The notes under the pieces: generated by a model | Seen by the model: only the letters and a program-made list of their open reading frames with translations | The model's database searches: none | What the model was told of the DNA's origin: nothing | Assembly: GCA_965285935.1 (NCBI GenBank) | Contig: OZ260665.1 | Coordinates: 20,088,001-20,152,000 of the forward strand | DNA: 64,000 nt | From: Ophelia neglecta | Taxonomy: Eukaryota | Direction: 5' to 3' | Made by a program: the position numbers and the translations under genes | Shown here: piece after piece, positions 38,401-51,400 of the stretch | Layout of the letters: each line of letters begins with the position of its first letter | Position numbering within the stretch: position 1 is the stretch's first letter

Positions 38401-38900
38401 CAAGGAACCTTCCCAAACCTACCAGATATGTGAGTTCCCTCACCACCACCCCTTCCCCGCTTCTAACAAATTTTGAAATTATTTACAATGAAATATACCA
38501 CTATCTCTCTACAAGCACAAAGTCCTCCGGGCTACTTTGTAGCTGCGTTTTCCTCAGTTTACATCCATTCACTTCTTTACAGCGCAGCCTTTTAAGTATC
38601 CCTGGCTTTGGACAATTCATGTTATCCATATTTGGCGGTCGTTGGGTCAGCTTATCTGACAAGGACAAAATCAAAGCTGGGTAGACTAACAGACCATTAG
38701 TTCATAGCCTTATTAGTCTAACAAGAACAACGACCACAAAGTCAAGGCTAGAACAGCTTATGTTATGTCACCTGAGGCGTGACAAGATGGGTGTATTCAT
38801 AATAGTTTATTTATCAATGCTTTTCGCACACTCAAAGTTCTTACTCAGTACTCAATACTCGAATTTTGGTAATCGAACTTCGAATTTCCTACTCGATTCT

Positions 38901-39073
38901 GAGGGCCGTAGCCTCAAGGGGGCGGGGCAATGGGGACATCTGCCCCCTGATGCTTTTCTTTTTATTTTGGAGGGAGGGGACAGGGGTATTCTTCGTAAGT
39001 GTGTGACATTTGGTGGGGACTCGGGGATCTACTGCCCCCCCTCAAAAAAAAAATGGCCCCGGCTACGGCCCTG
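38901..39073. mobile_element. hAT-like MITE with 5-bp TSD ATTCT, nested in an ACTCGA-rich repeat
   Basis: ATTCT|GAGGGCCGTAGCC...GGCTACGGCCCTG|ATTCT. Confidence 0.82.
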
Positions 39074-40039
39074 ATTCTCGAACTTTCGAACTCGATACTC
39101 GAAATATCGTACTCGAAACTCGAACTTTTCGACTCGATACTCCAGACTCGATGATAAGTAACACACTCCGTGAATAAGACTCCGGCTCGTATGTATAATT
39201 GTCACTTATGGGCTGATACGTCACACTGGTTTTCACCTATTGTATATGTTTTACGCTGCAGTGGTGATCTGTTATATAAATCAGCCTTCGGTTGCTTATA
39301 TTTGTCTACATATAGCCCTGGTTTATTTATAAACTGTGGGTCAAGGACGCAACAGGTGTAAGGGAGACTAGAGCCGTCTGTTCCAAGCCTTGATCAGAAA
39401 TACCAAGTCGACAGAATATTCTGGATTTGTTTGCGGCCTCGCCAGGCACTATCAGGTATTATTTACCCCATTATTTTTTTTTTGCCGTGTGCAGTTGGGA
39501 GGTTTTTAACAAAGTTGATCAGAATTGAAGTTTCTAGAGATGTAGTTTCGTCATTTTTTGCCGCTAAACGTAGCCAAAATCTGTGTAATCCGTAGAGAAT
39601 AAAGCCAATATTTACTACATGACAAAAACAACATGACATACGGAAAAATGAAAAGGCCTGCACTAATTGAATCTATGGACAGGGATAGAAAACATGCCTG
39701 TTGAACAGAAAGAAAAACAAGAAATACCCCCCCCCCCCTAAATTCATATCAGAGTATTGGTGTCAGATTTGAACTTGACCTACCATTTGTCCCCGGAACC
39801 AACCCCCCCCCCCTTCCCCACGACCATCAAGCAGATACAACAGATCTTTATGTAGTAAAATGGCCGACGAATGATGGTTGTTTATAAGCAGCCTGTTCGG
39901 GCGTCAGAAAGTCCTGATCAACCAATTATCGCTTTTAAAAGTTGATCTTGAGCTGCACATTCCATTACTTTAGCTTAAAACGGAATGGCAGGTTTCGTTG
40001 GTAATTATCGAGCGAATCCAGCACGCATTTGTTCTTAAG

Positions 40040-40305
40040 ATGGGCATACACGTGCGCTTTTCCAACCGTCAGGAAATTGGCCAGTGAGTAATGAAATTTT
40101 GAAGACTGACCCGAGACTAGTAATAATAATTGGCTGTATTTTGAGGTAACAATTCAGGATATTAAGGTTAATAAGAACACTCAGTTTGGATAAATATTTA
40201 CAGTGATTGCCGCAATCTAAGACTCGTAAATACTGGTGGGTAATTTCCACCGGTATGGGTTATCAATGACTACTTTGTCTGCTAAATTGGACCCAATGCT
40301 GGCCA
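40040..40305 (-). mobile_element. LINE fragment from the region preceding the RT domain
   Basis: Reads ASIGSNLADK and VFKISLLTGQFPDGWKSARVCP. Confidence 0.7.
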
Positions 40306-40482
40306 AGAAAGGACACGACAACACTTAGCCTAGTTCAGCGTCTAAACTACCAGGGGGCAGCACTGCATACGACTAGTCCGCAGTACAAGTAGGGGTAAAG
40401 TAGTGATTTCATGCCCTATTTTATACAAGTCGGAATTGAGACATCTGTAGCCCATAGTGTAGTCTTGACAATTATCGTTGTA

Positions 40483-40688
40483 CAGTGGCGGATTCAGGGG
40501 GGGGGCAGGGGACCCGGCTCCCCCCCCCCCCCATTTTGGCAAAAATTTGGCCCAGACAAGGCCCTATTTCCGGACCTACGCAAGGTGGTTTCAGAGGGTT
40601 GGTACAGGGAACAAGCCAGACATTGGCCTTGTCAACTTTGGAAAATTTGCCCCCTCCCCCCCTTCCTGAAATCCTGGATCCGCCACTG
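40483..40688 (+). mobile_element. hAT-like MITE (CAGTGGCGGA TIR), copy 2, with 5-bp TSD TTGTA
   Basis: TTGTA|CAGTGGCGGAT...ATCCGCCACTG|TTGTA. Confidence 0.85.
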
Positions 40689-42869
40689 TTGTATCTTTTA
40701 GCTTCTGAATGACCACCCCAGGGTTAAGTCATGTGATCGGTGCTCATTTTAGATTCACAAAATGGACTCGAGAGGGGTTTAGACCAAATCCCCAGGTATT
40801 ACATCAATTATCTGAGCAGACGTACAAGTGGCACAAATATGTTCTTCAATATATACGACACACGCAATTATATTTCCATTGGAATAAATATTATTATTTG
40901 ACAATGTCTCAAAAGTTTATCAAATGCAACAATGTATTACCCTGCGGATCAGATAAAAAATACTGAAAAACGTTAAGAAATTGAAATCAATTAAAATTGA
41001 ATTAAAATAAAATTGAAATGGCGCGCTGTCTACCTAGAAATATCACAAATTCCATTTTACCATAAAAAAATGCTGACATCTTGAGTTTATGCAAAATGCC
41101 TGCTGTAAGTTCACCAGACTCATTCAAATTCGACATGTCGACATGTTGAAAATATGGTTTAGCCTTTGCAATTGCGTTCTTAGAAGGTAAAAAGAAGCTA
41201 TGAAATTGCATCACATTCCGCCAATAATACGCTTAGAGACCAGGAAAATGGCTTGAATCGATGTCAAGGTGCTGCCCTTTCACAAGAATGTTCATAAAAT
41301 GTAATATAGAATACAGAGTGTCAAGAAAAAGACATGGTTTGCTCTAAGTAATAAATGAAATTGGTGCGTATGAAATTGTACCGTGCTCTTTAATCTCCGC
41401 TGGAAATTGTATTTCTTGACATATTCGATTCAGTTTTTTGCCATCGGCAGACGACATCCTGAGCGATGTTGTCTAGGACATTAAAAGATCTGTGTTATGC
41501 ATACAAATTAGTACTGGTTAAGGAAAGTTGCCATACCCTGATAACTATGCAATTTGTCTTTGAGAAAACTGTGCAATTTGGGAGGGCCGTAATAGGTTTT
41601 TTTAAGTAGGATAAATAGGTTTTAAAATTATATTGTGGCTGTATGTAGGATTTGAGCAGTGAACTACTTAATAAGAGCCATTTTTCGAGCTTGGTCGCTT
41701 GCCCACAAAGGCCCAGGTTAAATTCCCGTGCCCTTCAGAAATTGGTCACACATTTTTTCTGTGAATTGAATAATATGTATGAATGCTGCAACTAGACAGG
41801 CTACCGCCATTAAATGGAGGAAATTGGTAAATCATAAAAAACGCTAACCCATCCCCCCCCCCCCTCCATCATCATCCCAGTGTTAAGGAAATATTAGGTT
41901 GAAAAGTCAGTTTTTGTTTTCAATATGACTTGGAAAAGAGGCCAAATTCATGGGCTTAATCAAGTACCTTGCGTATGACTTCCTACAAGTATTCAATACG
42001 GTTGATACCTTTCTAGTACTAGCAAATATGCTGAGTTGAGAAGTCCGTTTCTTCCATTCGTCCACGGGAAATGTTCGATGCCAATTTCTAGTCATTGTTG
42101 TGTTTCTTGCAGAAGACTTCCTACTTCCTACTTCCTACATTCAATACATCTTATCTGCTAATATCGCACCACTAAGCAAATTCGTTTGTCGAAAAGTCTA
42201 TTTGCTTAAAACTTGAATAAGAAGTCAGTGTCAACTTTTAGTCATCATTAGGTTCCTTGTTTATGAGTTTATAGTAGTGGTCCATACAATGTTTATGCCC
42301 ATCTAGCATTGTTAAGTATACATGTAGTCAGGTTCAAGGTCATCCCTGGAGACCTTAGTCATGAGTTTCCGATAGTGGTCAACGGGCATCTTTGTATAGA
42401 CGTTTCAGTCTGATTGCAGGGTGCAATTGCGATATCGTTTCTGGAATATTTGGACGAAACTCAAACCAGCTTCACTTTGGGGGACGCACTTATGTAGGGG
42501 GAGGGCAAGAAGATTACCCCCTCCCCTCCCCTCCCGAATGCATTGGTTCTTCAAACAGTATTGTAATCATGCTATCAAATCGCCGGGACAACCTTTTATT
42601 TAGACATTCATTTTACTTACTTTTGACTCGAGCAAATTATTTTTTCCACCTTTTTAATTTGGGAAACAATTTTTCCCCAAATATGGCCGAGTGACTTTTT
42701 TCATTGTTCATTTTCTATCCCCCACCCCCCAGTTATCAAATTGTCCCCCGCAATCTCCTCACTCCCCTCCCCACCCCCCACCCCCACCCCACCCCGCCCC
42801 AGTTATCTAATGGTTGCCTAACACGAACAGCATGCAAACTTCTGGAAGAAAACGACAACTATCGATCAC

Positions 42870-43002
42870 NNNNNNNNNNNNNNNNNNNNNNNNNNNNNNN
42901 NNNNNNNNNNNNNNNNNNNNNNNNNNNNNNNNNNNNNNNNNNNNNNNNNNNNNNNNNNNNNNNNNNNNNNNNNNNNNNNNNNNNNNNNNNNNNNNNNNNN
43001 NN
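42870..43002. other. Assembly gap (133 N)
   Basis: Run of N. Confidence 1.
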
Positions 43003-44315
43003 CATGTACAGATGCAAGAGAGAAGAACCGACATTATTTACACACAAAATGGCACAAGTTCAAGTTTTAGCGCCTGGATAAAAAGTCATAATTCACTTTG
43101 TATTTGCTCTGCACAAAAATAAACAGGCACGTGTATTCACTTCAAGAACGACGTGCCCCGCGGGCGATAAGTCGGGTATATGAAGTGCATGAGGCAATGA
43201 TTTCAAATCTAATTTGAATAGCGGGCATTTCCGGTTCCGACTGTGGAAGTGAAGTACGTGAACTCTGATTGGTAATACATAGTAAATGTTAATATCAATT
43301 ATTCTGTAAACACATTAACATTTAATACCACTTTGGTAGTTCACCGGCTAATCTAGTCTCGCCTTCCCACAATGCATCCCCCCCCCCCCGGGGAGTGGTT
43401 ATACTACATGGTGTATGTACTCTCTAATCTAATGAACTGCCTTAATAAGTATGTGCTTGCCACTCTTTTGAACCTTAAAACAGTTGTTAACCCACAACCA
43501 TCCCCACCCGCCATGTATATAAATATACGTGTGCCTTTGGGACACCTCTCCCTCCCCACCCCTCCAACCCACACCCCACGTCCTCCTACCCTCCGGCGAT
43601 GTTAAAAACCAATGTGCCCTCATCATAGGCTACATCAAGTCCTTGAACATTGTGCTTTAAGATGTAACAGTGTTTACTCCATTCAGTTAATAGATCCAAG
43701 AGGGATTCAACACGGTCAGACACCTGGATATCAAGATTGAGTCACAACTGTGAGGCCCCTGTATTATCACCCATCAGTCATACGTCAGTTGAGTCAGTCC
43801 GGGTCTTGTTTTTCTGACCTGACGTCTGGCGCCGATTCACCACAATGAATCACATGACATCAATCTAGGATTTATGACTCAGATGGCACTGTATAATATT
43901 GTACAAGCCTGTGAAAGAATAGCTGCCAGACTTCACTAGCAGGAGGTGGAGCAGACGACAGCATATATCCATATACACCAACAGATAACTTGTCCATCAA
44001 TTTGATCCGCCTTTAGAAAACCAAGCAAGCAAAACAAAGTGTACGCCCCGGCAATGGAAAATTCACTAGAAAGGTCATTAATGTCAGATTCGAGATTAAA
44101 ATAGTCCCGAAATAGTCCTCTGAGAGTGAGAAGATTGCCCATTGGCGATTGCTATATTTATGACGTCAGAAGCTGTACAGCTGCGTTTCTGTGGAGACAT
44201 ATTGACACCGGATTTACATAAATGCGCGCTAAGTGTTGAGATTTCTGTGTGGTGTGTTATACTTTGGGTTTGGCAGTTGCCCGGCCCGTGGACTGGGCTG
44301 TCCCCTAGCCGGACC

Positions 44316-45200
44316 TTAGCTGCTGCCTACCTCAGGCGTGCTGGGAGTGTCTGTGTCACGGGCCTTGAAGAAACCCTTGCTGGTATTTGACTCCCGCACT
44401 GTAATGGTCAGCATATTGGAAGTAACGTCCGTGATGAAGACCGAGTCGAGAAGGGGCTTGGCGTCCTGAGGCGGCCGCCAGAAGGCCTTCACTTCCCCCT
44501 CCTCCTCCTCGCCCCCGGTACCATTATGTCCCAGGCTGCTAGTCCCGTTCATACCACTCTCAGACCCACTCTGACCATTCACAGAAAGCTTTCGTTTTTT
44601 GGGAGATCCGGGACCTTCTTCTCCGTCTTTCTGGCCGGGTTTGACCGTACGGTTTTTGGTCTTGGATCCTTTTGGCCGGCCGGGACCTCGACGGAGGGGT
44701 TTTCCAGGGCCAGGGCGCACCTTTTTTCCCGCGGCGCCTTTCATCATGTATAGCTGCTGCATGGTCTTGTTCTTTGGCGGCCGCCCTCGTGGTCGTTTGA
44801 TTAGGGGCTGCCCGGTGGGCCCCAATTTTATTTTTAATTTGCCCATGGTTTTCTTCAACTTTTTAGTGCCCATCGGTTTGATGCCCGATCCCGGCGGCCG
44901 GCCAGGACCCCGTCGGGCCCCTTTTGGCGTCCCCGAAGCGTCTGACTTTCCCGCCTTTGGGGACGCGGAGCGATCCCCGCTCTGACTTCCGCTATCGTCT
45001 GTTTTCTCTGTGTCCTCTTCTGTAGATGTCGAGTCCTCTTTGCCAGACTCACTTCCGCTTCCGGTCGATGACGTGTAGCTGTCGTCTGGTCTGTCGTCTG
45101 GTCTGTCGTCTGGTCTGTCGGCGGCGTCCTCCTCCTCTGTTTCGCTGCCATCGTCCGTCTCCTGGTCGTCCTTCCTCGGCTCTCCCGACGTACTGTCGCT
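44316..45200 (-). CDS. Pc: Polycomb/CBX last coding exon (885 nt): acidic/Ser region, AT-hooks and C-terminal Pc box. Full protein is 377-379 aa.
   Basis: Acceptor TTTTACAG, phase 0, in frame with exon 4. Motifs RRGPGRPP, KRPRGRPPK and RRGPGRPKG. Pc box FWRPP...VFITDVTSNMLTITVRE...GFFK; ends at TAA. Confidence 0.93.
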   Translation of the reverse strand, partial: SDSTSGEPRKDDQETDDGSETEEEDAADRPDDRPDDRPDDSYTSSTGSGSESGKEDSTSTEEDTEKTDDSGSQSGDRSASPKAGKSDASGTPKGARRGPGRPPGSGIKPMGTKKLKKTMGKLKIKLGPTGQPLIKRPRGRPPKNKTMQQLYMMKGAAGKKVRPGPGKPLRRGPGRPKGSKTKNRTVKPGQKDGEEGPGSPKKRKLSVNGQSGSESGMNGTSSLGHNGTGGEEEEGEVKAFWRPPQDAKPLLDSVFITDVTSNMLTITVRESNTSKGFFKARDTDTPSTPEVGSS

Positions 45201-45834
45201 CTGTAAAACAACCAACAAAAAGATGTCAACACCGGAATATATCATAATATATTAAATATTAAAAATCTCCCGGTTCAACATGAATTAACAGTTCATTCGT
45301 GGACAGTTAAGAGGCGTTCCGGCTCTTTTCCCTCGCCTTTTTATCAACATTTACATCCAATTTTTTCCAACCTTTAAACCATCCGGTATACAAAATTATC
45401 AAATATATGAAGTAATTTCTTAAATACATCTTATATATGAAAGTCATACCCACTCGAACAATAATAACCTAAGGGCCAGGATCTATTATATCTAGGGCAG
45501 AAGAATATACCTACATAAATTGACCTGTAAATAAGCTAAGGGGCACACAATTTGACAAATTACAGTCCTATGCCTTTTGAACGAACATATATTCTTTGAT
45601 AATAAAAATAAACGAGTTAGTCAAGCGGGGAATCTTATTCCAAGCAAGTTCAATGCGTGTTTCACAGTCATTTTTGGAACCAAGGCACACGTATAAAGGT
45701 ATGTATTTATTTAAATACAGTGCAACTTGTGTGTAGACACCTTTGTAATGCGACCACCTGTCCACTAAGGACACTGAAATAACAACATTCGCCCCTTCTA
45801 TGCCTGTATTAAGTGAGCTCCCTATGGTAAAGTC

Positions 45835-46059
45835 ACAACAAAGTAACAGACAGCTATTTTTTTCATTATGTCACCTCCACAGCGGAAGAACTGAAATATG
45901 CCGGGCTGAATAATAGCTCGGCCCCTGATTGGCTAGAATTATCATTATTGACCAATCAGAGGCCGGGCTATTATTCAGCCCGGTCGTGCTCGACATATTC
46001 CAGTTCTTCCGTTGTGGAAAGTGAGATAATGAAAAATAAGCTGTCTGTTACTTTGTTGT
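45835..46059. repeat. 225-bp foldback (long inverted repeat), probably the end of a non-autonomous DNA element
   Basis: The arm ACAACAAAGTAACAGACAGCT...CCGGGCTGAATAATAGCTCGGCCCCTGATTGG pairs with CCAATCAGAGGCCGGGCTATTATTCAGCCCGG...AGCTGTCTGTTACTTTGTTGT. Confidence 0.9.
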
Positions 46060-47367
46060 TCGAAATAAATCGCGGTGTGAGTTGTCATTTTTAATTTCAG
46101 TCGGGTTTGATGGTTTTATATTAGTACCATGGCTTTCGGTTATTCGAAAGCTTACGTTGTTATTGACGGGATGTCGGAGGTAAGTGGTTTTTTATGCGGT
46201 TATTATCGGACGGTTATTTCAGGCGCCAGGTTTGCGTTGTGTACCTTCGCTCGCTTATTGGTAGTACACAGGGGCCGTACCAGATAACGACAGCCTATGG
46301 CATAATGTGGGCATTTTATACCAGTCCTTTGACTGACCTTAATAGACAGGTTACACTGTTTACTCTCGAAATATGTAGGCGTCTTAGAAGAAGCAGTCTC
46401 ACTGACTCAAATCAGCACTTTAAATAAATCAGGTATTTTCACGGAAAATTGCCAACATTTCCCGATTGCGATAACCGAATGTATTGCAACGCCTTGAGTA
46501 GTAAATCACCCTTTTCCTGGCTCAATGACAGCATTTCCTGTCGAAAATATATAGGGTAAAAAAGAATTGCGAAATGTCCAACTCCTGTCGAAAATATAGG
46601 GTAAAATAACGTTTGCGAAATGTTCTTGGTGCCGAGATATGTTGGGTATAAACTAGGCTGTTAATTCACTTTGCTGTAAGACCAAACATGACGTCTTTCT
46701 CAACAGCACAATCACACAATGGCAGGCTTGACTTCGGAGAATGGGCCATTTTAGCAGATCGGGGGTTAAATATGTACTACACCATGTATGAAAGAATTGT
46801 GATTCAATGGTTGTCGGGTATATCAAGGCCATCAGAGTGAGATCCGGCCTCTCTGAGTAGCCGAAGTTTGTGATTGAGTGTCGAGGCAATATTTGTATTT
46901 CTATTTTTTTTTAAGTAATCTATGTTTTCTTCAGTTGTTGTCAGTCGCCCCGTGTAACGAACATATTACTATACTCCCATTTTTAAATAAAATCTAATCT
47001 TATCTTTGACAAGCGGCAAACCAGATGTAGGCAATTTCTTCATTTAAAGTGGGAGCGCAAGAGACACGTGTCCAGGTTTTATAAATGTGTATTCAAATAT
47101 GAACGGGGTAAACAAACACGTGCTTATGTCACTAAAGCAAGGAGAGCGACCCCACAGCTTCGCAGGCAAAAGGTCTATTGGCCTAATGGCTCTTCTTTTG
47201 TTGGTTAATTTGGGGAGATCAAGTTGTTTCTTCTTTAAACTTCCAACTTTTCCTATATACACACAAGGTTCAAAACCAAACATTCATGGTACCATTCGGC
47301 AGAAAATTATCGGTGCTTCAAATGCACGTTTACCTGTTGCATTTCAAGTAAATACAAGTAACATATA

Positions 47368-47545
47368 CAGTGAAACCTGCCTTAAAGACCACCTCTATAA
47401 TCAGACCACCAGTCAACTCAGACCACTAATGTGAGGATCATTTTGTATACTTTCAATGTTAAATAACCTGTATAATCAGACCACCCTAGAAATCAGACCT
47501 GCACTTTCCAGTCCCTTAGCTGGTCTTTATTCACAGGTTACACTG
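47368..47545 (-). mobile_element. Tc1/mariner-like MITE (178 bp), TA TSD
   Basis: TA|CAGTGAAACCTG...CAGGTTACACTG|TA. Reverse complement of the copies at 48318 and 58927. Confidence 0.85.
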
Positions 47546-48317
47546 TATATATATAGTGTACGCTTAATAAAAAGCCTCCAGACAGGGAACACTATGAAGC
47601 CCCACCCAGGAGATACGTCAGCCGTAAACTACATTGTGGCTGTACTATACCAAGCTTAGCCAACGGCTTCAGTCCAACCCAGAAAACGAAAATTATACCG
47701 GACATTTAGCACTCTTGTCGGCGGTAAGGATAAAAAGAAAATAGGGTGAATTAATGAGTTAGTATCTTGGGATATTTCAGCATGTCAGTTGATATGTTTA
47801 CCAGTACGATAGGAAATGAACACCTTATCATTTTTTTACAAGACAAGTTTCTGTTTTGTCTCCTTTTCGCCTGACTGGCATCAAAACAAGTACTTTTTCT
47901 GCTGCATTTATTGCGTTTAAAATGCGACCGAGGCAGAGCGGCGAATCTGCTAGAACAGTCCAGGCTGATTCAATGTGTAACACCGCTCTGCTGGAAAACA
48001 GATGGGTGAGTTAATAAGCTATTAACAAAGAGTGACACATGCTGACTGGTCCTATATGTCGACGCAGCAATTTACAAAAAAAAATAGGATCCAAAGCTAT
48101 AACGACTACAAATGTTGTCCGAGACTTTCGGCTAGCGCGCTTTTTTATCAGTGACGTATTATACTGATATCAATGCTCCTGTTTCCTCGCTGCTGACCCT
48201 TGTACCCTTCTCAAGGTAAGACTAGACTGCTCTTATTTCGTCAAAGATTTGAGTCGTTTTGTTATATCAATAGAATAAGAAATATAGCCAATGACAAACC
48301 CATGGATATTTATTTAT

Positions 48318-48488
48318 ACCTGTGAATTAAGAACACCCAAGGGACTGGAAAATGCTGGTCTGATTTTGGAGGTGGTCTATTTAGACAGGTTATTTGACCT
48401 TGAATGTTTACAGCATGGTCCTCATATTAGTGGTCTGAATTGCCAGGTGGTCTTATTATAGAGGTGGTCTTTAAGGCAGGTTTCACTG
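48318..48488 (+). mobile_element. Tc1/mariner-like MITE, left TIR truncated
   Basis: Closely similar to 58927-59104. Ends CAGGTTTCACTG|TA. Confidence 0.82.
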
Positions 48489-51400
48489 TATATATATTCT
48501 ATTAACCAAGTCGCCAGCCCGTTTCGCCGGCCCTTAGGTTTATGAACAACTGATGTTTCCTCTACATATCACATAATTCTTGTTTTGAATACTTATTTTT
48601 TATTATTGGGAAAAAACCAGATTGTGTGCATGGCGTGTCCTTACGACGATTCAGCCTGTTCCACGAAAAAAACCCAGAAGCTGCTGTTTTTGACAAGGAG
48701 TTGCCGGCTATGTATACTGCTTCAGGGACTGTTGAAATGGATTCTTTCCGGTTGTTGACTTACAAACAGAAATTTATTTGTGATATTGTGAATACCATAC
48801 AAGTAACATGTTAATATCAGCTTCAGAGAACTCGAAATATGCCGCCCAGGCTTAGTATACGGTATACAAACATTAAAAAAATCGAACGCAACTTAAAGCT
48901 TACTTGGACGGCAGTGCTTCCCCTTCTTCATATGTCGAATTTTGCGCTCCTCGATAACTAATTATAATTATATTTGACCATATATTTTGACGTCCAGTGT
49001 TGTCTTCATTTTCACAATACTTTGTTTCTGCTGATCCATTTATGATATAGCTTTTTTACTGTAACTCTTTTCAAAACAATATCAATCATTTTGGATGTCA
49101 TGTCCATTTCTCCCCTGTATATATGTATAAATGTCATAGGGTGTCCAGTCCTCACGGCCTCGGCTATTACTGGCGTCCTGGTTTTACTTTGTTTCGTCAT
49201 CAATGCCTTGCTCGTTTGTACATGTTGATGTGTTGTCTAAGTAGCACCAAATAAACTCAATTCAATCAATGATGCCGGAGACAAGTAGGTGTATATAAAA
49301 ACAAGTCGAAAACGGTACAATTGACACACGTTGTCCCACTAAGGCCGCCATTTTTATTGTAAGGTTTATGAAAGTTTTTCCACAAATGTTAGACAAAAAA
49401 GGAGGATCGAAGATAAAAATTAATGTCTTATTTGTGCTTTTATTAAATGTAAAAAAAAGCAAGAAAACAGTTTGGTCTATAGGGGAAAATGATCCGATAC
49501 ATGGCTATTGAGCATATTTAATTTTAAATTACAAACATGGTGCACTGTTAACTAACGTTGAGGCGGCTTAGAGCCAGCAAACGTCTTCTGGACAAGACAA
49601 TATCTTTCACCTTTTCCAACAGATGGGAATAAAATCAATCACTTTTCGTTTAGATCTTACTCCGTTTTGGCCAGAGCGGTTTTCTAAACCAACATATCAA
49701 AAGAAGATGGCTTATTCTAAACGCCATTTATACAAGATATATTGACTACAGGTGTAAGGGTGCTGATAGGATTGTTTCAGACTTGCCTATAGGACTATAG
49801 AAACTAATTTTTAAAAAATTGATATAGTCGTTTTCACCCGTTTTTTATTTTCACACTTTCTGACATAACCGTCTTCATTCCACGGGTCCATTTTAGTTTG
49901 AGTTTTTGTTTCTTTAAATTTCATGGGTTAATTTTATTGTTTTAATGTAACAAATAGTTCGTCAATAGCCTTAGGCTTATGTCTATTTGTTTTAATGTAA
50001 CTAACAGATTTTAAATAAAACTTGTCTGGTCCTAATCTTCAAGTTAGATATCGTTTCCACTATTACTATACTCAATGTGGATGTTTTCAAGTCGTTTTTA
50101 TCTGTCGGATTATGATTACAGTATTGATATTCTCCTGCCCGAGCCGAAGTCTTGATTTACGCTATTCAGGGGTAGACGTAGGTTATTAGAAAAGATGGGG
50201 TACGGAATGGGTGACCTACTGGAGAGAGGGTCTGGAGACACCCCCCCACCCCACCCCACCCCTTTCCGCTCTCCTCTCCTGCCCCACATTCCAAACCCCA
50301 AAACGTTCTCTGATGGAACTTTAAGACGGTGAAGCGGGATTCCGTGGCGGCGTCCTGCCAACCCCCCCCCCCTCCGCCCCCGCCACCCCACCACCACCCC
50401 GCCTGAATCCGTCAACGTGATGTCATAATGAAAACCGTCTGCACGGGACGGGAACTTGATACTTCACTTCAGTTGACAGATAACAATTTCTCAGAGGTTT
50501 TGTCGAAGCAGTAACTTCACGCGGAGACACCCGTGGAAAAAAAACCCTGCAAACCTCGTCCGCTCATCCTGAAGTTTTCTTATACAATGAATTGGACTAA
50601 GTTCAAAATGTTTCAATGCTGAAACCACGGCTTCAAGCCAGCTAAGAGTTTTAGATTCTCTAACACCCCTGGTATATACCGAAATGGGAAGCCCTTAACT
50701 ATTATAATAATTTTATAATAATACACTATTATATAGGGAGAGAGAGCGGGCATACCACACATTAAGCAAAAATTTAGCCCAATCGCTGTAATTTAGAACC
50801 CAGACATATGATAGAAAGACTGCTGCCTGCTACTGAAGATTGTCTGTACACGCAACAAAGTAATAATTACGGAACTTGTTCATGAATACAGGTATAAGTT
50901 TGCTAATATTCCGTTTACGTCCAGCTGATATAAGGAAGGCTAACTAGCCAGTGCCGAGTTAATTAGCGCCGAATGGGCCAGGATTTATCTCATCATACAA
51001 AACGTTCGAGTTAAGCTCATCCCACGGGGTCATTTCAGGCTTCATTTAATGAGCATCATAGCAGCCTTTCCTGGACTAAACCGACTTTTATTTATATGTT
51101 AAGGTGTCATTGTCATGTTACCCAGGGTCAGTCGTTGAGCAGGGTATTCATGACACCCCGTAGGCCATCCTTGCTCCGAAATATACTCTCTATAGGCCTA
51201 CCAAACAATTAAAACTGTCGAGGCCATTGGTGCTCGAGGGTTCGGTATTATCGCCATAGCAGCCGTATCAATTCTCCCAAGTTTTTTCACACTTTGGAAT
51301 TTCAGTTCGATGTTTTTTTTTGGACACCACTGTAACTGTCGAGCTCGAGGACACCGGTGTAGGAGTGTCCGGTGCTATCGGCAGGTGTATCAATTCTCAC

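Noticed and set aside
42704-43122. ORFs spanning 42.7-43.1 kb
   Set aside because: Artefacts of translating through the N gap.
45201-45245. N-terminus of the 309-aa ORF (MIYSGVDIFLLVVLQ)
   Set aside because: This is the intronic polypyrimidine tract and acceptor; the exon begins at 45200.
44526-45247. Overlapping and antisense ORFs (75-128 aa) over the last Pc exon
   Set aside because: These are shadow frames of a GC-rich, low-complexity coding exon.
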